Of a stretch of 64,000 bases of DNA, positions 1 to 14,600 are shown in pieces. The notes beneath the pieces were generated by a model that saw only the letters and a list, made by a program, of their open reading frames with translations, was not told the DNA's origin and did no database searches. Position 1 is the stretch's first letter, and each line of letters opens with the position of its first letter. A program made the position numbers and the translations under genes. This stretch comes from Auanema rhodensis. Its lineage: Eukaryota; Animalia; Nematoda. The stretch is from positions 7,564,001-7,628,000 of the forward strand of contig OZ059898.1 of assembly GCA_964057225.1 (NCBI GenBank). Reading direction: 5' to 3'.

Positions 1-109
1 GATCAAAAAAAAGTTATTTTATTCACATGTAATATAATATTTTTTTCAGCTAAACAACCAAGAGTAATCTTATTAGTTGATTGGAAAAAAATTATTATTC
101 AATCAACTA

Positions 110-3100
110 ATGTGGGATGAGCTGAGTGATATAGTGGCCAGAACGCTCACTCGATTTCCATATTTATCGATATTATGTATGTTTAATTTTAAATCTTGCA
201 AGTAATTCCTCTTTCTTATGATCTAATATAAATCTAATTAAAACTATAAAAAAGTGGTAACTATACTAATCAACTTATAATTATATTAATTTAATGAATA
301 GTGGATCAAAAGCACTCGTAAAGACTATTAGCCAAAAAAAATCTATAAGCTTTTAAATCACTTTGAAGGATTCAAAAATCTGCTAATGGGTTTTTTAAAT
401 TAATTGACCAATTATGAGAAAGAAATAGAAAGTTTACCTGTCTTTTTTTGTTTTACAAATGATCAATCAATAGTATTTTCTATCATTTTTTATTTTTTGA
501 CGAGAAAAGTAAAAAAATCTTGAAATAAAAGAAAAAAATCTAGCAGGCACCTGTAATTGAAAATAAATTGGAAATAATGACGGCATAGATGACCGGTTCC
601 GACATCAGTAATAGGTTCCAAGGCCTGATTCACATTCAACATCATGTCTTGAAGGGGGACAAGCTTTGGATATATGCCAAATGAAGCTGTTCTCGTTCTT
701 TTTTCGATTGTAGTCTATCATCTTTTCTTTCCTTTAGGAAAATTGATTCATGATCAACACAAGAATAGTGATTTTTCTCTCGAATCAAGTACAAACCAAA
801 TGATGTCATTATTTTCTCGTTTTCTATTCAAACATTTGGTAGTAAAGCCTGGAATGGTTTCAACTTTAATATTTTAACATTGCTACATCAATCTATTTTG
901 GAATAATGAAAACGATTTCTCAATATTTGTGGAGAGTTTTTTCATATTTTCTTTTCTATTCATATGACGGTTTCATCTTAGTTATATTGGCAGAAATATT
1001 TCGAAATTTAATTCTATTAACTGGCATATTGTACTTTTTACTCGCCAAAGTATCAAAATGTACAATGAATGGTTGCCGTAACAAAGTAAAATAGCATTCA
1101 ATCGCTCAATGTGTTTTCTTTATGTAATCATAGATTTGTTTATAATTCTTTCAATAGTGCCATTGAGATATTTCGCTCATAAGACTAGAACGTTCTATTT
1201 GAATGGATAAGAAACAGTTCTTTGCTTCCATCTTTCTGTTTAAAAAAATGATTCGAATGTTCTAAATCAAACTGACTCACGTTAAGCTTATGTATACTAA
1301 TCATGCCTACACTTCTGACGAAAGAATATCCTGCAGTGATGGTTCACCGCAGGATAACTAGAGAACGACTGTATCGTTTGACGAGCAAAACAGCTCGTCA
1401 AACGAGTTTTACTTTTCTCTCGTTGGTCAGTCAGAAAACTACAAATAGACGTCGATATTCATAAATAGAAAAGAAAGAGAAAAGCGGGAGAGAAGAGGGG
1501 GTGGTATTGAAGTTGGAATGTATGTTCAAGCAAAGAATATATTTTTATAGGTTTAAACATGTTCTATTATGCGCTTAAGATAAAATAAAAATTATATTTT
1601 TGCCAGAAAAAATACTATTTTCATAATTAAATATAAAAATTAAATATTTTTCAAATTCATTTCTCATATAAAGCCTATAGTTGCTACTGTACATTCAAGT
1701 GTTCGTGTACCTGCAACCTGTAAGTCGGTTAATCTGTGATTATATTGTTAAACTATACAATATATGAGGATTTACTATCCGAATACAATAGGAAATACTA
1801 TAACTATTTGAAAATCTTGCTTTACTATACTACATATAGATAACTAAGGTTTTTTTCTTACAGTAAGCGTCATCATATGTATATTATGCTCTTCTGGCCT
1901 CTATAATGTTCATTTCGAACAGGACATTCGTCGTTCATTTTCACCGGAAAATTCTGAAGCTGGATAGTAAGTTTTTCAAAAAAAAAAGGAGAAAAGAAAC
2001 TAAAAAAATAAAATCGAGTAACTGACTAACCTATAGAACTTTTAGCTTAGATCAGACGAATTTGAAACAATCTATATTTAATATATATCTGATATATTCC
2101 ATTTTCTTCAAAAATTAATAAAAAATAATTTCAGTGAATCTAGAGCATTTCTTGATTTTCATAACTTAACTCAGTTTCCTCAACGAGCTTTTGTAGTTTT
2201 ACAAGCCAAAGATGGTGGTAATCTATTCAGAGATGATTATATAGATGAAGTTCTTAAATAATAAAAAATTGAAAATTTAAATAAATTCCTTTAGGTTATT
2301 CGATTTGATGAGGAAATGATGTTAATAATGAATGTAACTGATAGTAAAGGTCAATCTTCTTGTGATCCATTATGTAATCTTAATCGTCCATTTCATCTAC
2401 TATTGGTATGAATTTCAAATATTTCAAATATTTTTTTTTCAATTTTTAGGATCAAATGAAAAAAAATCAAACAGAAGATGATTATGTTGGTTTTCCTACT
2501 GCTCGAATACATAAGATGCCATTATACCTAGGAATGCACTTAGGATTAGTTAATGAAGGTAGTTATTTTCATTTTCATTTGAAATTTATTTATTAATATA
2601 TAGATATGGATACAAGAGGTCAAAAAACAATATCTGCTTCATTAGTTATCTTTTGGTATTTCTCTAGAGCTGATACACCTGAAAGAATACAGAATTATAG
2701 AGTTTGTTTACAAATATTTTACAATTATCAATAATTTTTTCCTAATTTCAGGATGTAACTTTACAATTTTTTGAATTGAGTATTAATGATTCATATTCAA
2801 ATCTAATTAACATCACCATTTTTGGAGATGAAATAGCAAATCATGAAATGGTTCGAGGAGCACTTGAGGTACACGAAGCCTAAGCTTTAAGACATTTGAA
2901 ATTGAGATTATAGGCAACTCTACTCATGTCAATTGGTTTCGTATTTTTATTTATTTTTGTTGTCATTGTTGTTTGGTCTCAAACATCAAATATACGGGTT
3001 GTACCATTCTTAGGTAATTTATTTATAATATTTTATTTTATTTTAAAATTTTATAAGAATATAATTTTATTTATTTCAGTTGTTGCTACTATCTTAACCC

Positions 3101-5510
3101 CTTTCCTTGCAACTATCTCAGCATTTGGATTATTGGCATGGCTTAATTTTCCAATTTATTCTATGCAATGTGTGACACCATTCTTAGTTCTTGGAATTGG
3201 TAAATTTATAAATATTTAATCATTATTGATTATTTTATAATTTTTAGGTGTTGATGATGCTTTTATTTTAATGCATCGATGGAGAGCTTTTCGTCATATT
3301 GCAAATGCTTCTGATCGTTTACGTTCTGTTATTATCGATGTTGGACCTTCAATCAGTATAACTTCTGTAACTAATATTGTAGCATTTGGTGTTGGATTTG
3401 CTACTCCTACCCCTCAGGTAATTGACCAGCAATGCTTTCTTAAATATAAAATTTTAAATTTTAGTTATCATTGTTTTGCTTATCAACATCATTAGCTTTA
3501 TTATTGGATTACTTATTCACTTACACTATTCTTGCTCCAGCCGTATTCTTGTGTCGTTCTAATGACTATGAAGCTGTAGCACAAAATCAGAAATCTGAGG
3601 ATTGTTCTTCAAATGATAATCCACATTTGGAAGAAAATGGACAAGAAATAGGCTGTGAAAATAATTTCTTCTCGAAAATTGTTGTTAAGGTTAATATTTT
3701 CTCTCCGAATTAGTTTATTTCAAATTAATTTTGTTCAGTACTCTCGTTTCCTATCAAGTTTTCTTGGACGAGCATCATGTAGTTTGTTGCTGTGTCTTCT
3801 CTATTTATTCTCTGTATTTGGAGTTCTAAATATGAGATCAACATTTGAACCAGCAAAAGCATTTCCAAGTGATTCACCTCTTGTAAGTGCACTTGTTGGT
3901 ATAAAGTAAGTATAAATAATTAATATAAAATCTAAATCAATATATTATATATTATATTTTAAGACCAGTATTTGATACATTTTATCCTGTTCATATATAT
4001 GTAAAAAATCCACCAGTAATAAGTGATTCACAAGAGGTTATATTTTATATTCATATATTCAATCTTTTTCTTTAATTTTCAGTATGAAAAATTCTATCAA
4101 ATGATTGATAGACTTGAAGCTATACCTGGGGCTCATCCAAGAAATTTGACTCAACTATTCTTAGTACCATATGAAGAATATGATCGAAGAGTAATATTTT
4201 ATAAATTTTTATTTTTAATTATTTAAAATATTTTTAGGTAACTTCATTATTAAATTCTTTATTTTTTATTCCTAATGATAAATATATACCTACATATCAC
4301 AATCTACCAGATTTTCTAAATGCTGTTGGTAATCCACCCAATATTCGAGTTTCACCACCTTCCAATGGATCTCGGTTAGTGATCATATTCAATATTTATG
4401 AATTTTCTTACGTTACTTAGAATATTATTTATGTTTCCTTTACAGTGAACCTGAACTTACATCATTCTCTTTCTCAATACTGGGTAAAGGTATGGCTGAA
4501 TGGGCAAATCGTGCTGAATTTGTTCATACCCTTCGTTATATTCTTAATCAATATCCACAATTCAATGCAAGCTTATTTGATACAGATGCTGCAGTTTTAG
4601 AGCTCATATTAACGGTTTTGTTATTCTTAATAATTATATTTCTATGATAAAACTTTTTAGGTTCGAACTGATCTGATTGGTTCTATTGCTGTAACAGTTG
4701 CTTGCATGGCTATTGTTTGCCTTCTATTTATAAGCAGTAAACGTGGTGTAGCTATAATAACATATGTTATAGCTTCTGTATGTTTTGGTTTGTTTTATTA
4801 TATTCTAAAACTTTAGTCTATAATATCATTTACAGTGCTTGTTGGATGTTTAGCTTGGTGGGGAGCTGATCTAGATCCAGTAACACAGGTCGATGTCTTA
4901 TTAGCTACAGGATTTAGGTTAGAGAATGATAGTTATTTCTAAGAAAAGTACTAAACATTGTTGTTTTAGTGTTGATTATACTGCACATGTAGCTTATAAA
5001 TTCTACAAAAGTCGTGGAGGATCAACTGAACGGATTGAGGCTAGTTTACGAGAAATGGCTCTACCAATGATACAAGTAAGTTGATTACAATCATATAACT
5101 TGACCAACTCTAGTTCTTTATGTTTCAAATACAAGTATTTTTATATAAAAAACAATACGAATGTACGTATCATGTTTCATATTCTAGGCTGGTTTATCCA
5201 CATTTATCTGTATGTTGCCATTGATCTTAGTACCTACATATGCTATAGTTGCTTTTGCGAAGACAATCTTTTTGGTTGTTGGAATAGGTACAGATTTTCA
5301 ATAAATTTGACAGTTTATATCTAAATTTCATCGTATTTAGGTCTCATTCACGGGTTATTTGTTCTTCCAGTACTATTGGGAGCTACAGTAGCTGATCCAA
5401 TGTTATCCAATGGAAATATTTCTAGCTTAAGGAAAAGCTCTTTGAGAATATCTCATGATACGGATGAAATTATGGTCAACAAGCGAGGTCTTCAGGAGAT
5501 AGTTGATTGA
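110..5510 (+). CDS. Patched-related (PTR) sterol-sensing-domain membrane protein, ~21 exons; possibly the ptr-11 orthologue
   Basis: TTTTCAG at 43-49, then ATG at 110 (MWDELSDIVARTLTRFPYLSIL). A 1.7-kb first intron is followed by HFEQDIRRSFSPENSEAG. SSD motifs VTPFLVLGIGVDDAFILMHRW, VGPSISITSVTNIVAFGVG and GFSVDYTAHVAY are present. All introns are GT-AG and keep the frame; TGA at 5508-5510. The ptr-11 guess rests only on recalled adjacency to bli-3 in C. elegans. Confidence 0.92.
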
Positions 5511-6768
5511 AAACTTGAAACAACTTACTATCACTAATTATAATATTAATATATAAATATACAAAGTCAATATCATAATTATGTCATAAATTTTAAAATA
5601 TTCTGCTGTATATATATTTTTCATTCATTATATATTATGAAATAACATACGTTTTTTATAAAAAATTATTTTTAGTTCATCTTATTCTGATGCTTTGATA
5701 CATTATGTTAGTATTATTCATAGATTCGTCATCAGAATCTTCATTGGATAAAGAGGGAAAGAAAACAAAAAAGCATATTGTATATAAGAGATAGATAGAT
5801 TGGCAAACGTTCAGCTAAAGCGGAACGAAACTGGTTTTTTCATCTGTAGGCAGCTCCGACGTCACATTGATGATGATGCTGACGACAACGATCTGTTTCC
5901 TAAGCACTAGCCAACAAGAAGGCAGAAGACGCTCTCTACTCATATAGGTTGTGGACAACGACGTTCATAATCTTCAACAAAGAGTCGCCGAAGATGGCAG
6001 CGATTGCCCAAGCTGATTTGAAGTTGAGACACCGAATGACATTGATTTAACCTGAGGACAGCAACACTTTTGAATATCAATAACAGCCTTATCTGATCTT
6101 GTGAAATAGGGGGAGGAGCTTTTACCTTCCATAAATCATTTTTCTTCTTCCTTTTTTAATGTTTTTTTTTCATTTCTCGATTTAGTTAGGGAAAATAGAA
6201 TTAGAAAAAGAACTAAATATAGGTAGATCTCTATAATTAATGTTTTATAACTTATTGATTTATTCAATCATCATATTTCTCTTGTGCTATCTCAATTATC
6301 TTTTAATCATTGATGACCATTTTCTTTATTATCTTTTCTCTCTTTCTCTCTTTATCTCTTTCTATCTTTCTCTCTCTCACTTTCTATTTTTTTCTTTATT
6401 TCTCTATATCTCTTTTAGTGGAACTCCCTTCTCTTCCTTCAATTCTATATTCTATATGTATATCATACATTACATTTGATATAACAACTTAAAAATGTTT
6501 CTAAACAGTCATCAACAAAGTTTCTTATACACATAATTCTTAAAATCGTTTAAATAGTGTAAATTTCAATAAAATTTTTTATTTTAAATAATTTGTATTG
6601 AATGTACATCTTAAGAACATTTATTTAGAATTTTTTTAAAATATTTTTTTCATTACAAAACTAGTTATAAGTAGCGTGTTTCTTTATATCTTTTTCTCAT
6701 CATATTTCTGGCTTCGTATGTCAATTTGCTGTATCTACTATGTGTAGTTATAGTTATATTATACATAT

Positions 6769-6774
<6 letters not shown>

Positions 6775-6830
<56 letters not shown>
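6775..6830. repeat. (TA)n microsatellite
   Basis: Uninterrupted TA run of ~55 nt. Confidence 0.95.
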
Positions 6831-6836
<6 letters not shown>

Positions 6837-9800
6837 TTAAATGTATATTTTATTTTAATTTTATCTTTTAATTATAATATTTAAATAATAAAAATATATT
6901 TTATAATATAAATTTTATTCTTTAAATTTTTCTATTCTCATGTATCATCCATCTTAACCCCATCAATTCTTTTCATTTTTAACATTTCTTCATCAAACCT
7001 TGACATTTTGATATGCTCTGAATGACCACAATGTCATATTAAGGCTTCTTGTTGTTTTTCATCGTATTTTCTTCACATTCCAATCATTTTTAGATTTCAT
7101 TATTATTAAAAATACAAATTTTATTATAATATTCATAATAAATAGAATAATAATATTTATCTTATTATCATCATTATTATTATTTTTATTTACTCTACAC
7201 CATCCTTGATATGGATAAAGTACCGGTTTGCTGGTCTGGATTTCTCTGTTCATTTGTGAATCAAAAGATTTTCCTCTGTCTTTTGCTTCACATATCATTC
7301 AAAATTCATTTTTACTATTTTTGTAATTTATTCTTAATTAATTTGTTTTTTATGTTTTAAAATAGAAAAATCATTTTATATATTATTTAAACTTTTTAAT
7401 TTATGTAATTTGTATTTCATTCTTAAATAAATAATAACAATAACAATTCTATATAATTTATATAATTTTTTAGAATTAAATATAGTTATCATAGTTATTT
7501 TTTCTTCAAAAACATTTATTTCACCACCATTAACTGACCTGATTGAACAAGTGTTAGTCATTCTCACATATCTGGCCTACTGATCTGTTGCCTTCTCTAT
7601 AAGTACATCTTGCTTTAATTCATAATAATATTAAACAAATATCATATCTTTCAAACAGTTTTTTTGCAGAAAACTTAAAATAAATTCAAAATATTTATTA
7701 TAATTTATATGAAAACATTTTATAATTCAATTATATAAGAAATATACATGTTATTTCTGTAATATATAGTTATCCTTTCAAGTTCATGTACATATATGTA
7801 TACTTCATTATATATAAAATCGTTTTATTTTCCAGATAACTAACTACAATCTTGTTTATAACTTTCTTTATTTCTTAATTATATCATATAATTACCTTAT
7901 TATATACGCATCTATTTCATTTATAAAATCTAGCAATTCAACATCTATACTAACGAAACTATAACAGTGTTCGTCTTTTTATAGTTAACGTCTTGCCGTG
8001 CTCCAGAATCGGTATCTCAAGATCATTGTCCAATATAGACGCTAACGAGATCGCTTAGAGGTTAATATGAAGGATTTATTTTCGAGTGCGACAACGTGAT
8101 GCGAATCCTCGTCAAAAAGTTGTCGCACCGGTTTCGTTCAATTCTGCGTATGTTCTTCTCCTTCTTCTTCGTGATCGTGGTTGTCTACGCCGTCTCGTAA
8201 GATACAGAAAGAGGAAGAAGAAGAAAGAAAAGACAGATTCAAAACCACAAGAAGATTGAATGATTCTTGGAGAGAGAGAGAGAGAGGAAGAAAGAAATGG
8301 ACAGCCACAGCAGTAGCAGCAGCTGAATAGACCAAAACGGTCACTTCTTTGCCTTATTTATCAATCGATTCTCACGTATCTTCACCCATCAAATATTTTC
8401 TATTCCCCTTTCCTCAATCCATTCAATTTCTATTCTCGTTTTTATTTTTTAAGATCTTCAGAATCACACGCACACGTTCTTCCTCTCTTCCTTTATCTCT
8501 CTCTGTCTTTTAAAATTATTTTATTTTCTCTTTAACACACTATTTATCTCATTTAAATTTTACGCGGCTATTCGCATAATTTATATTTTGAAATGGACCT
8601 ACACGTAAGATCATTCGTTTTCTCTAATATAACTTCAGAATAGTTAGCCACTATAAGGAGAACCCTAACTACAAGCTATCATGATCTTCTTCATCCCATT
8701 AAATTCATCATAATATCAAATAACTGACAACGACCACCACTCTCTTTATCTAACAAATCATTTTATCTTTTCAAGTAATATAATTTAAATTTGAAGAAAG
8801 TACAAAGAATGAAACTTCCTTTTCTCTTTACAAATCTAAGAATTATGCCAATACATCATCGAGTAATTAAAAGTTTGTTCGGCTTTGTTGCTCTTATCAT
8901 GTCCTTCCCTAATTCAAATTGTGGAAAATTAAGGACGAATTCCTTATAAATACGTCAATGTCATTCAGACTACAGTTTTATGATCTCTTTTTTTTGTCTT
9001 TTTTTTGAACAAGTTTGTTATCCAATTCGTTTTTTAAGAGTTCATCTTTATTCAATTGTCTTATCGATCATTTATTCTATAAGAAATATTTCATAAATCA
9101 TAACTATGTATTATCTTGAAATAATTTCTCAGCATTATTCTTGTTTACATTGAAATAATCATATTGCTGTTTTTCAATTTTACTATTTGAGTCATTCATA
9201 CCATCATTTTCTCTTTGTCAGCTGAATATTGCTGGAAAAGAAATAAACGTTTTAAATAGGAAAATAATTTATTTTTTCTTGTCAGCTGCTGATTAGACAT
9301 TATTTAATCATACATATTTGAAAAAAAACCTTATATAAATCGTTTTACTTGTTTTCTTTCATCATTTAACACACTTTACGATGTTGTTCTATAACCTCGT
9401 TGCGTTTTTTTTGTTTAAATTAATTTTTTAAAATCATTTTGAACTGCGTTGTTCTTTTGTAACTAACTGATAAAAATTATTTATTTTCATTTTGAGAAAG
9501 GTGTCAAAACGGTTGTGCTTTTCGCCATGTTTGGAGAAAGATTCAATAGATTGCTCAAAACGGTTGCGGGTTTTGATATTTGCCGTCAACAAACATTTTG
9601 ACCATCATCTTAGCTTTTGTGTGAGCATCTTTCTCATTTTCATCAAAACGAACACCTTCAGGTTAAATAGATTCTTTCGAGCAATTCTCTTATCTTATAA
9701 CAACTTTTGTGCATTTTTTTCATTTTAGTGTATAACTAACTTAATAGAATATCTTTAAAGAATTGTTTCTCACTATTATTTTTCTTCAAACTTAACCAAA

Positions 9801-11636
9801 AACCAAATACCAATCAAGTAGTTAAAGTTTTTCAAAGAGTTTTTGTCAAAAAAAAGTTTTATTTAACTCGGTTTTTACAATTTGAAACATATAGTTTTTG
9901 ATTTCTCATGTCTACAAAAATATACAAACAATACAACTTTCTTCAATTAGATAAAACAACAAAAAATTAATTTTAAGACTGAAATCTTATTTAATTTTAA
10001 AAGAAAAATATTGTTGTATTGATACAATCGATGGTCAACATGAATAAGATCGTTAGCTCAGTAAACAGAAAATAATCCAAAGACGACTGTTGATGACTGT
10101 GAAAAACCTGACCTCTGAGATCAAGATGAACTTCATCGTTGTCTTCTTTATTCACACCGGTTATAATCCTAAATATTTCTTTGTGAACCTCTTCTTCGTC
10201 TTCTTTTTCTTTTTCATCTTATTTAGATAATTTGAGTCTACTTTTTCAATTTATTAATCTATATATTTCTAATATTCTGAATAATATAAATAAAAGAAGT
10301 TTGTCTATACTGGAATCGTATCTATAGGTTCTTTTTTATTTTTATTATATCTTCTAGTACTATAGCATAGTTATGTATACAATCATGTAAAAAAACCTCT
10401 ATTCAGTACTGTTCATCAATATGATTATATTTGCTAAGAACACAATTGAATTACTTGTATCTAAGACTCTTTCCTGTATATTCACTATCCTTTCTCATTT
10501 CCCTTTCTTCCTCTCTTTACTGTCATCTCTTGATTTTTCCTCGCCTGTTCCAACAGCATCTCATCCTGTAAAACCTTTTCTTCTCTTCATCATCAACATC
10601 ATCATCATGTTTTATCTCTATATTCTTCCTATCTCTTATCATTGCTACTCATTTATGTATATAGTTGTTCTGATAAAACATTTGTATTTCTTCGCAAAGG
10701 ACTGTCTACTGTGCACAAAGAGTCTAGTTGTTAAACAAATTTCCACCTACTCGTACCTCAGCTTATCATCATTTTCTAATTTCTCTCTTTCTCTCGCTAC
10801 ATATGCTCTCATGTCTTAGCGTACTTTATCCGCCTGTTTAACTCTCTCTTACTTAACAGTGTTGCTACTTGAAGTATCATGGCTTGCGATCTTACCGACG
10901 TTTGAAATAACAACTACCTTCTATAAATTCATAGAATACAACAAATTCTGATTCTATTTGACTGTCACCCGCCAACTCACCTTTTCATTTTCCTTTTTCT
11001 CCAAGTCGTTACACAAACTTTCAGTTTGCAATTGTATCCTTTTTCTCAATGTATATTTATTCGTTTAATTTGGAAAATTTAATCTTGTATCACCCCGTAC
11101 CTCAAGTTCTATGGAGCAGTTGTATAAGTATAAAGATCATTGTCTTTCCTAAATTTTTCTTAGTTATTGTTTAGATTGCATACTTCTTTAATACCTCTAA
11201 GCTGAAAAGTCGTTATCAGAACTCTGCCCATCCCAGTTGATTCTACCAATAAATACCGGCAACTTTATCAACTTTTTCCATCCCACGTATTTGAAAAAAC
11301 TCAACAATACTGTCATAATATTTCCCATTTCTCTGAAATATTTTTTTTACTCATTCAGATAATGTATTATTAAGATCTTTAAGACCTTGAATGAAATTAT
11401 GTCTATGTAGATAACAGGTTGTTTACCTTATTCGGACACTTCTGTCATCCGCCGTGCCTTCATTTAACTTCATTGACTTAGATGTTGTCTCAAAATCATT
11501 CTCGTTCATTGTCTTCTATATAATTTCTTGCGATTATTGATTTTTTATTTTCTACTTTTATTGATCAAAATTTGTTTTATATAATTTTTATGTTCTTTCA
11601 TATAGTTATTACAGGGCTTAACCTATAGCCGAGGCG

Positions 11637-14600
11637 ATGGGTCGGCTTACCCGTCAGCCGTCTATCACTATTCTCATAATATGCTTATTCTTTATAACAA
11701 TAATATCAGGTATGTATTTTTATTATTTTTATTTTAATAATACACATTGAATTATATTTGTTAAATTCTCTTATATTTCATTTCATTTTTAACTCAAGAT
11801 GTTGAAATAGCTTAGTTTGCTTATTCATCATCTTTTAAAATCATCTTATGTTCAATGTCTGATTTTCTATTTTCACAGTATTTTCTGTTATCTTTTAAAA
11901 TTGTCTTTTGCACTCGCGCACTTCTTTTTTTGTTACAAATTAAAAGTATTTTATTTACTTTTCAAGATAATTTATTAGAAAAGATTTCATTATTTTGTTT
12001 TCTTTTCAGCCTCATTAAGAACACAAGAATTCCAACGGTATGATGGATGGTTTAATAATCTAGCAAATCCTAATTGGGGAACAGCAGGTATTATCTATAC
12101 GAATTGGAAAATTTAAAAAGTATATTCATATAGGTGCTCGGTTACATCGTGATGCTCCATCACATTATCAAGATGGTGTATACATGATGAATATGTCTCT
12201 TCCATCTGCTCGCGCAATCTCTAATCTTGTTTTTAAAGGTATAAAACATATTTTTATATATTAAGCATAAAGTTAATAAATAATGTTAATTTAGGACCAG
12301 CTGGAATACCAAATAAACGTAATATGACAACCATGTTAGCGTTTTTCAGTAAGTTACATAATTTAAATTATACAATATAATTAATTATGTAATTCTTTAG
12401 GTCAAGTTGTTGCCTATGAAATAATGGCATCAACTCAAATTAATTGTCCTTTAGAAATTCTTAAGATTCCAGTACCTAAATGTGATCCGGTAAGCGAATC
12501 ATAACTCTTTGTATACTTTCTAAAATATTTCGTTTGAAGGTCTTTGATAGTGAATGCGAAGCTAAAACTCAAATTCCATTTACAAGAGCTAAATATGATA
12601 AACAAACTGGACATGGCTTCAATTCTCCTCGTGAACAAGTAAGTTTTCTTTTTTCATTTTTTAAAATTATTTTTGCAATAGGTGAATGATCGTACATCAT
12701 GGATTGATGCATCATTTGTGTACAGTACACAAGAACCATGGGTTGCTATTCAAAGATCTTTCAAGAATGGCCGTTTGCACGAAGGAAATATGACAGGGTA
12801 AGCTGTTTCTAAATTGTTTTTCTCATTTTCTAATATTTGTACTTCTTCAGATATCCTCCGTTCAATAATCCTCATGTGCCATTAAATAATCCCCCACCTC
12901 CACAAATTCATCGTCTTATGAATCCTGATCGACTTTTCAGTAAGTAATTCAAATATTCACAAACATTTCAAATAATATTATGCGAACTAATTTCCAATTT
13001 GTTTATAGTTTTGGGTGATCCACGTGTCAATGAAAATCCTGGATTACTTGCTTTTGGTCTTGTTCTATATCGTTGGCACAATAGTCAAGCTGATAGGTTT
13101 GTAATTAACAAGAATTTTCGTATTTCAGTCGAAAAAATATTTTTTATCATCAATTCTTTTCAGAATTCAAACTGCTCATCCGGATTGGACTGATGAAGAA
13201 GTTTTTCAAGCAGCTCGTCGTTTTGTGATTGCTGCTTTACAGGTTGGAATATGCTTAAAATTTTCACCGAAATTACCAAATTTTACTATATATTGATAGT
13301 TTTAATAATATTTTTTTATTCAGAAAATCGTATTGTATGACTTCGTGCCAGCCCTTCTCGGTGATCCAAAGATTATTCCACCGTACGACAAGTATATGCC
13401 TCATGTTCCACCTGGCATATCTCATGCTTTTGCTGCTGCAGCCTTTCGTTTTCCACATTCTATTGTAAGTTTTCATTGAATATTCATTGGATTTACTAAA
13501 TGATTTAATTCGATTAGGTGCCTCCCGCAATGCTTCTACGTAAACGCGGAGAGAAGTGTGAATTCCGTAGTGAAGTTGGCGGATTTCCAGCCTTGCGTCT
13601 TTGTCAAAACTGGTATTTCACTTTTAAACTAATATTCTTCAACTTTTCTTTATATGATTATACCAAAATAGCTATTAACTATATATTATTTAGGTGGAAT
13701 GCTCAAGATATTGTTCGTGAATATACTGTAGATGAAATTATTCTTGGTATGGCCAGTCAGATATGTGAAGCTGATGATAACATTGTTGTTGAAGATTTAC
13801 GAGGTATAATTGTTTATTATAATTATAATATTTATGTTTAACATTTTAGATTTTATATTTGGTCCAATGCATTTTACGCGTCTTGATGTTGTTAGTTCAT
13901 CTATAATGCGTGGTCGTGATAATGGAATTCCACCATACAATACTCTTAGACGTACTTTTGGTTTACCACCAAAAAAATGGAAAACAATTAACCCAGTATT
14001 CTATGAAAAGAACAAAAAGGTTTATTGATTAAATATATTTATATATTATTTATAATAATATAATCTTATTTAGATGGTTGATGAATTAGCTAGACTATAT
14101 GGAAATGATATTAATAGCTTAGATGCTTATGTGGGTGGCATGTTGGAAGGAAGTGACAATGGCCCAGGAGAACTGTTTAAAGCTATTATACGTGATCAGT
14201 TTTTACGTTTACGTGATTCTGACAGGTAATTCTTATAAAATATCTTGAATTATTTTAATATTTCACGTGAAATGTATGTTATTACGTGAAAACGTCAATT
14301 TTACTAATTTAAGTTCACGTAGATAGCGGTTGTTCTTGTATTTAATTTTAATTCTATACTGATTATAACATGAGGAGTAATGTGTTTGTTTCAGATTTTG
14401 GTTTGAAAATCGTCTTAATGGACTGTTTTCTGATGAAGAGATTGAACAAATTCGTAATGTTACTTTACGTGATATTATTAAAGATACAACTGAAATATCT
14501 GAAAATATGTTGCAAAAGGATGTTCGTTTTAATTGATTTTTGTTTATTTTTCAGTTGAATGTTTAGGTATTCTTCTGGAAAGATGGTGATCCATGTCCCC

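Noticed and set aside
1315-1365. CTGACGA as a hammerhead ribozyme core
   Set aside because: No GAAA closing stem II and no matching stem I/III arrangement.
2875-2886. GCCTAAGC as a telomerase template or telomeric seed (also at 23500)
   Set aside because: Single short matches, in a 44-nt intron and in intergenic DNA, with no supporting structure.
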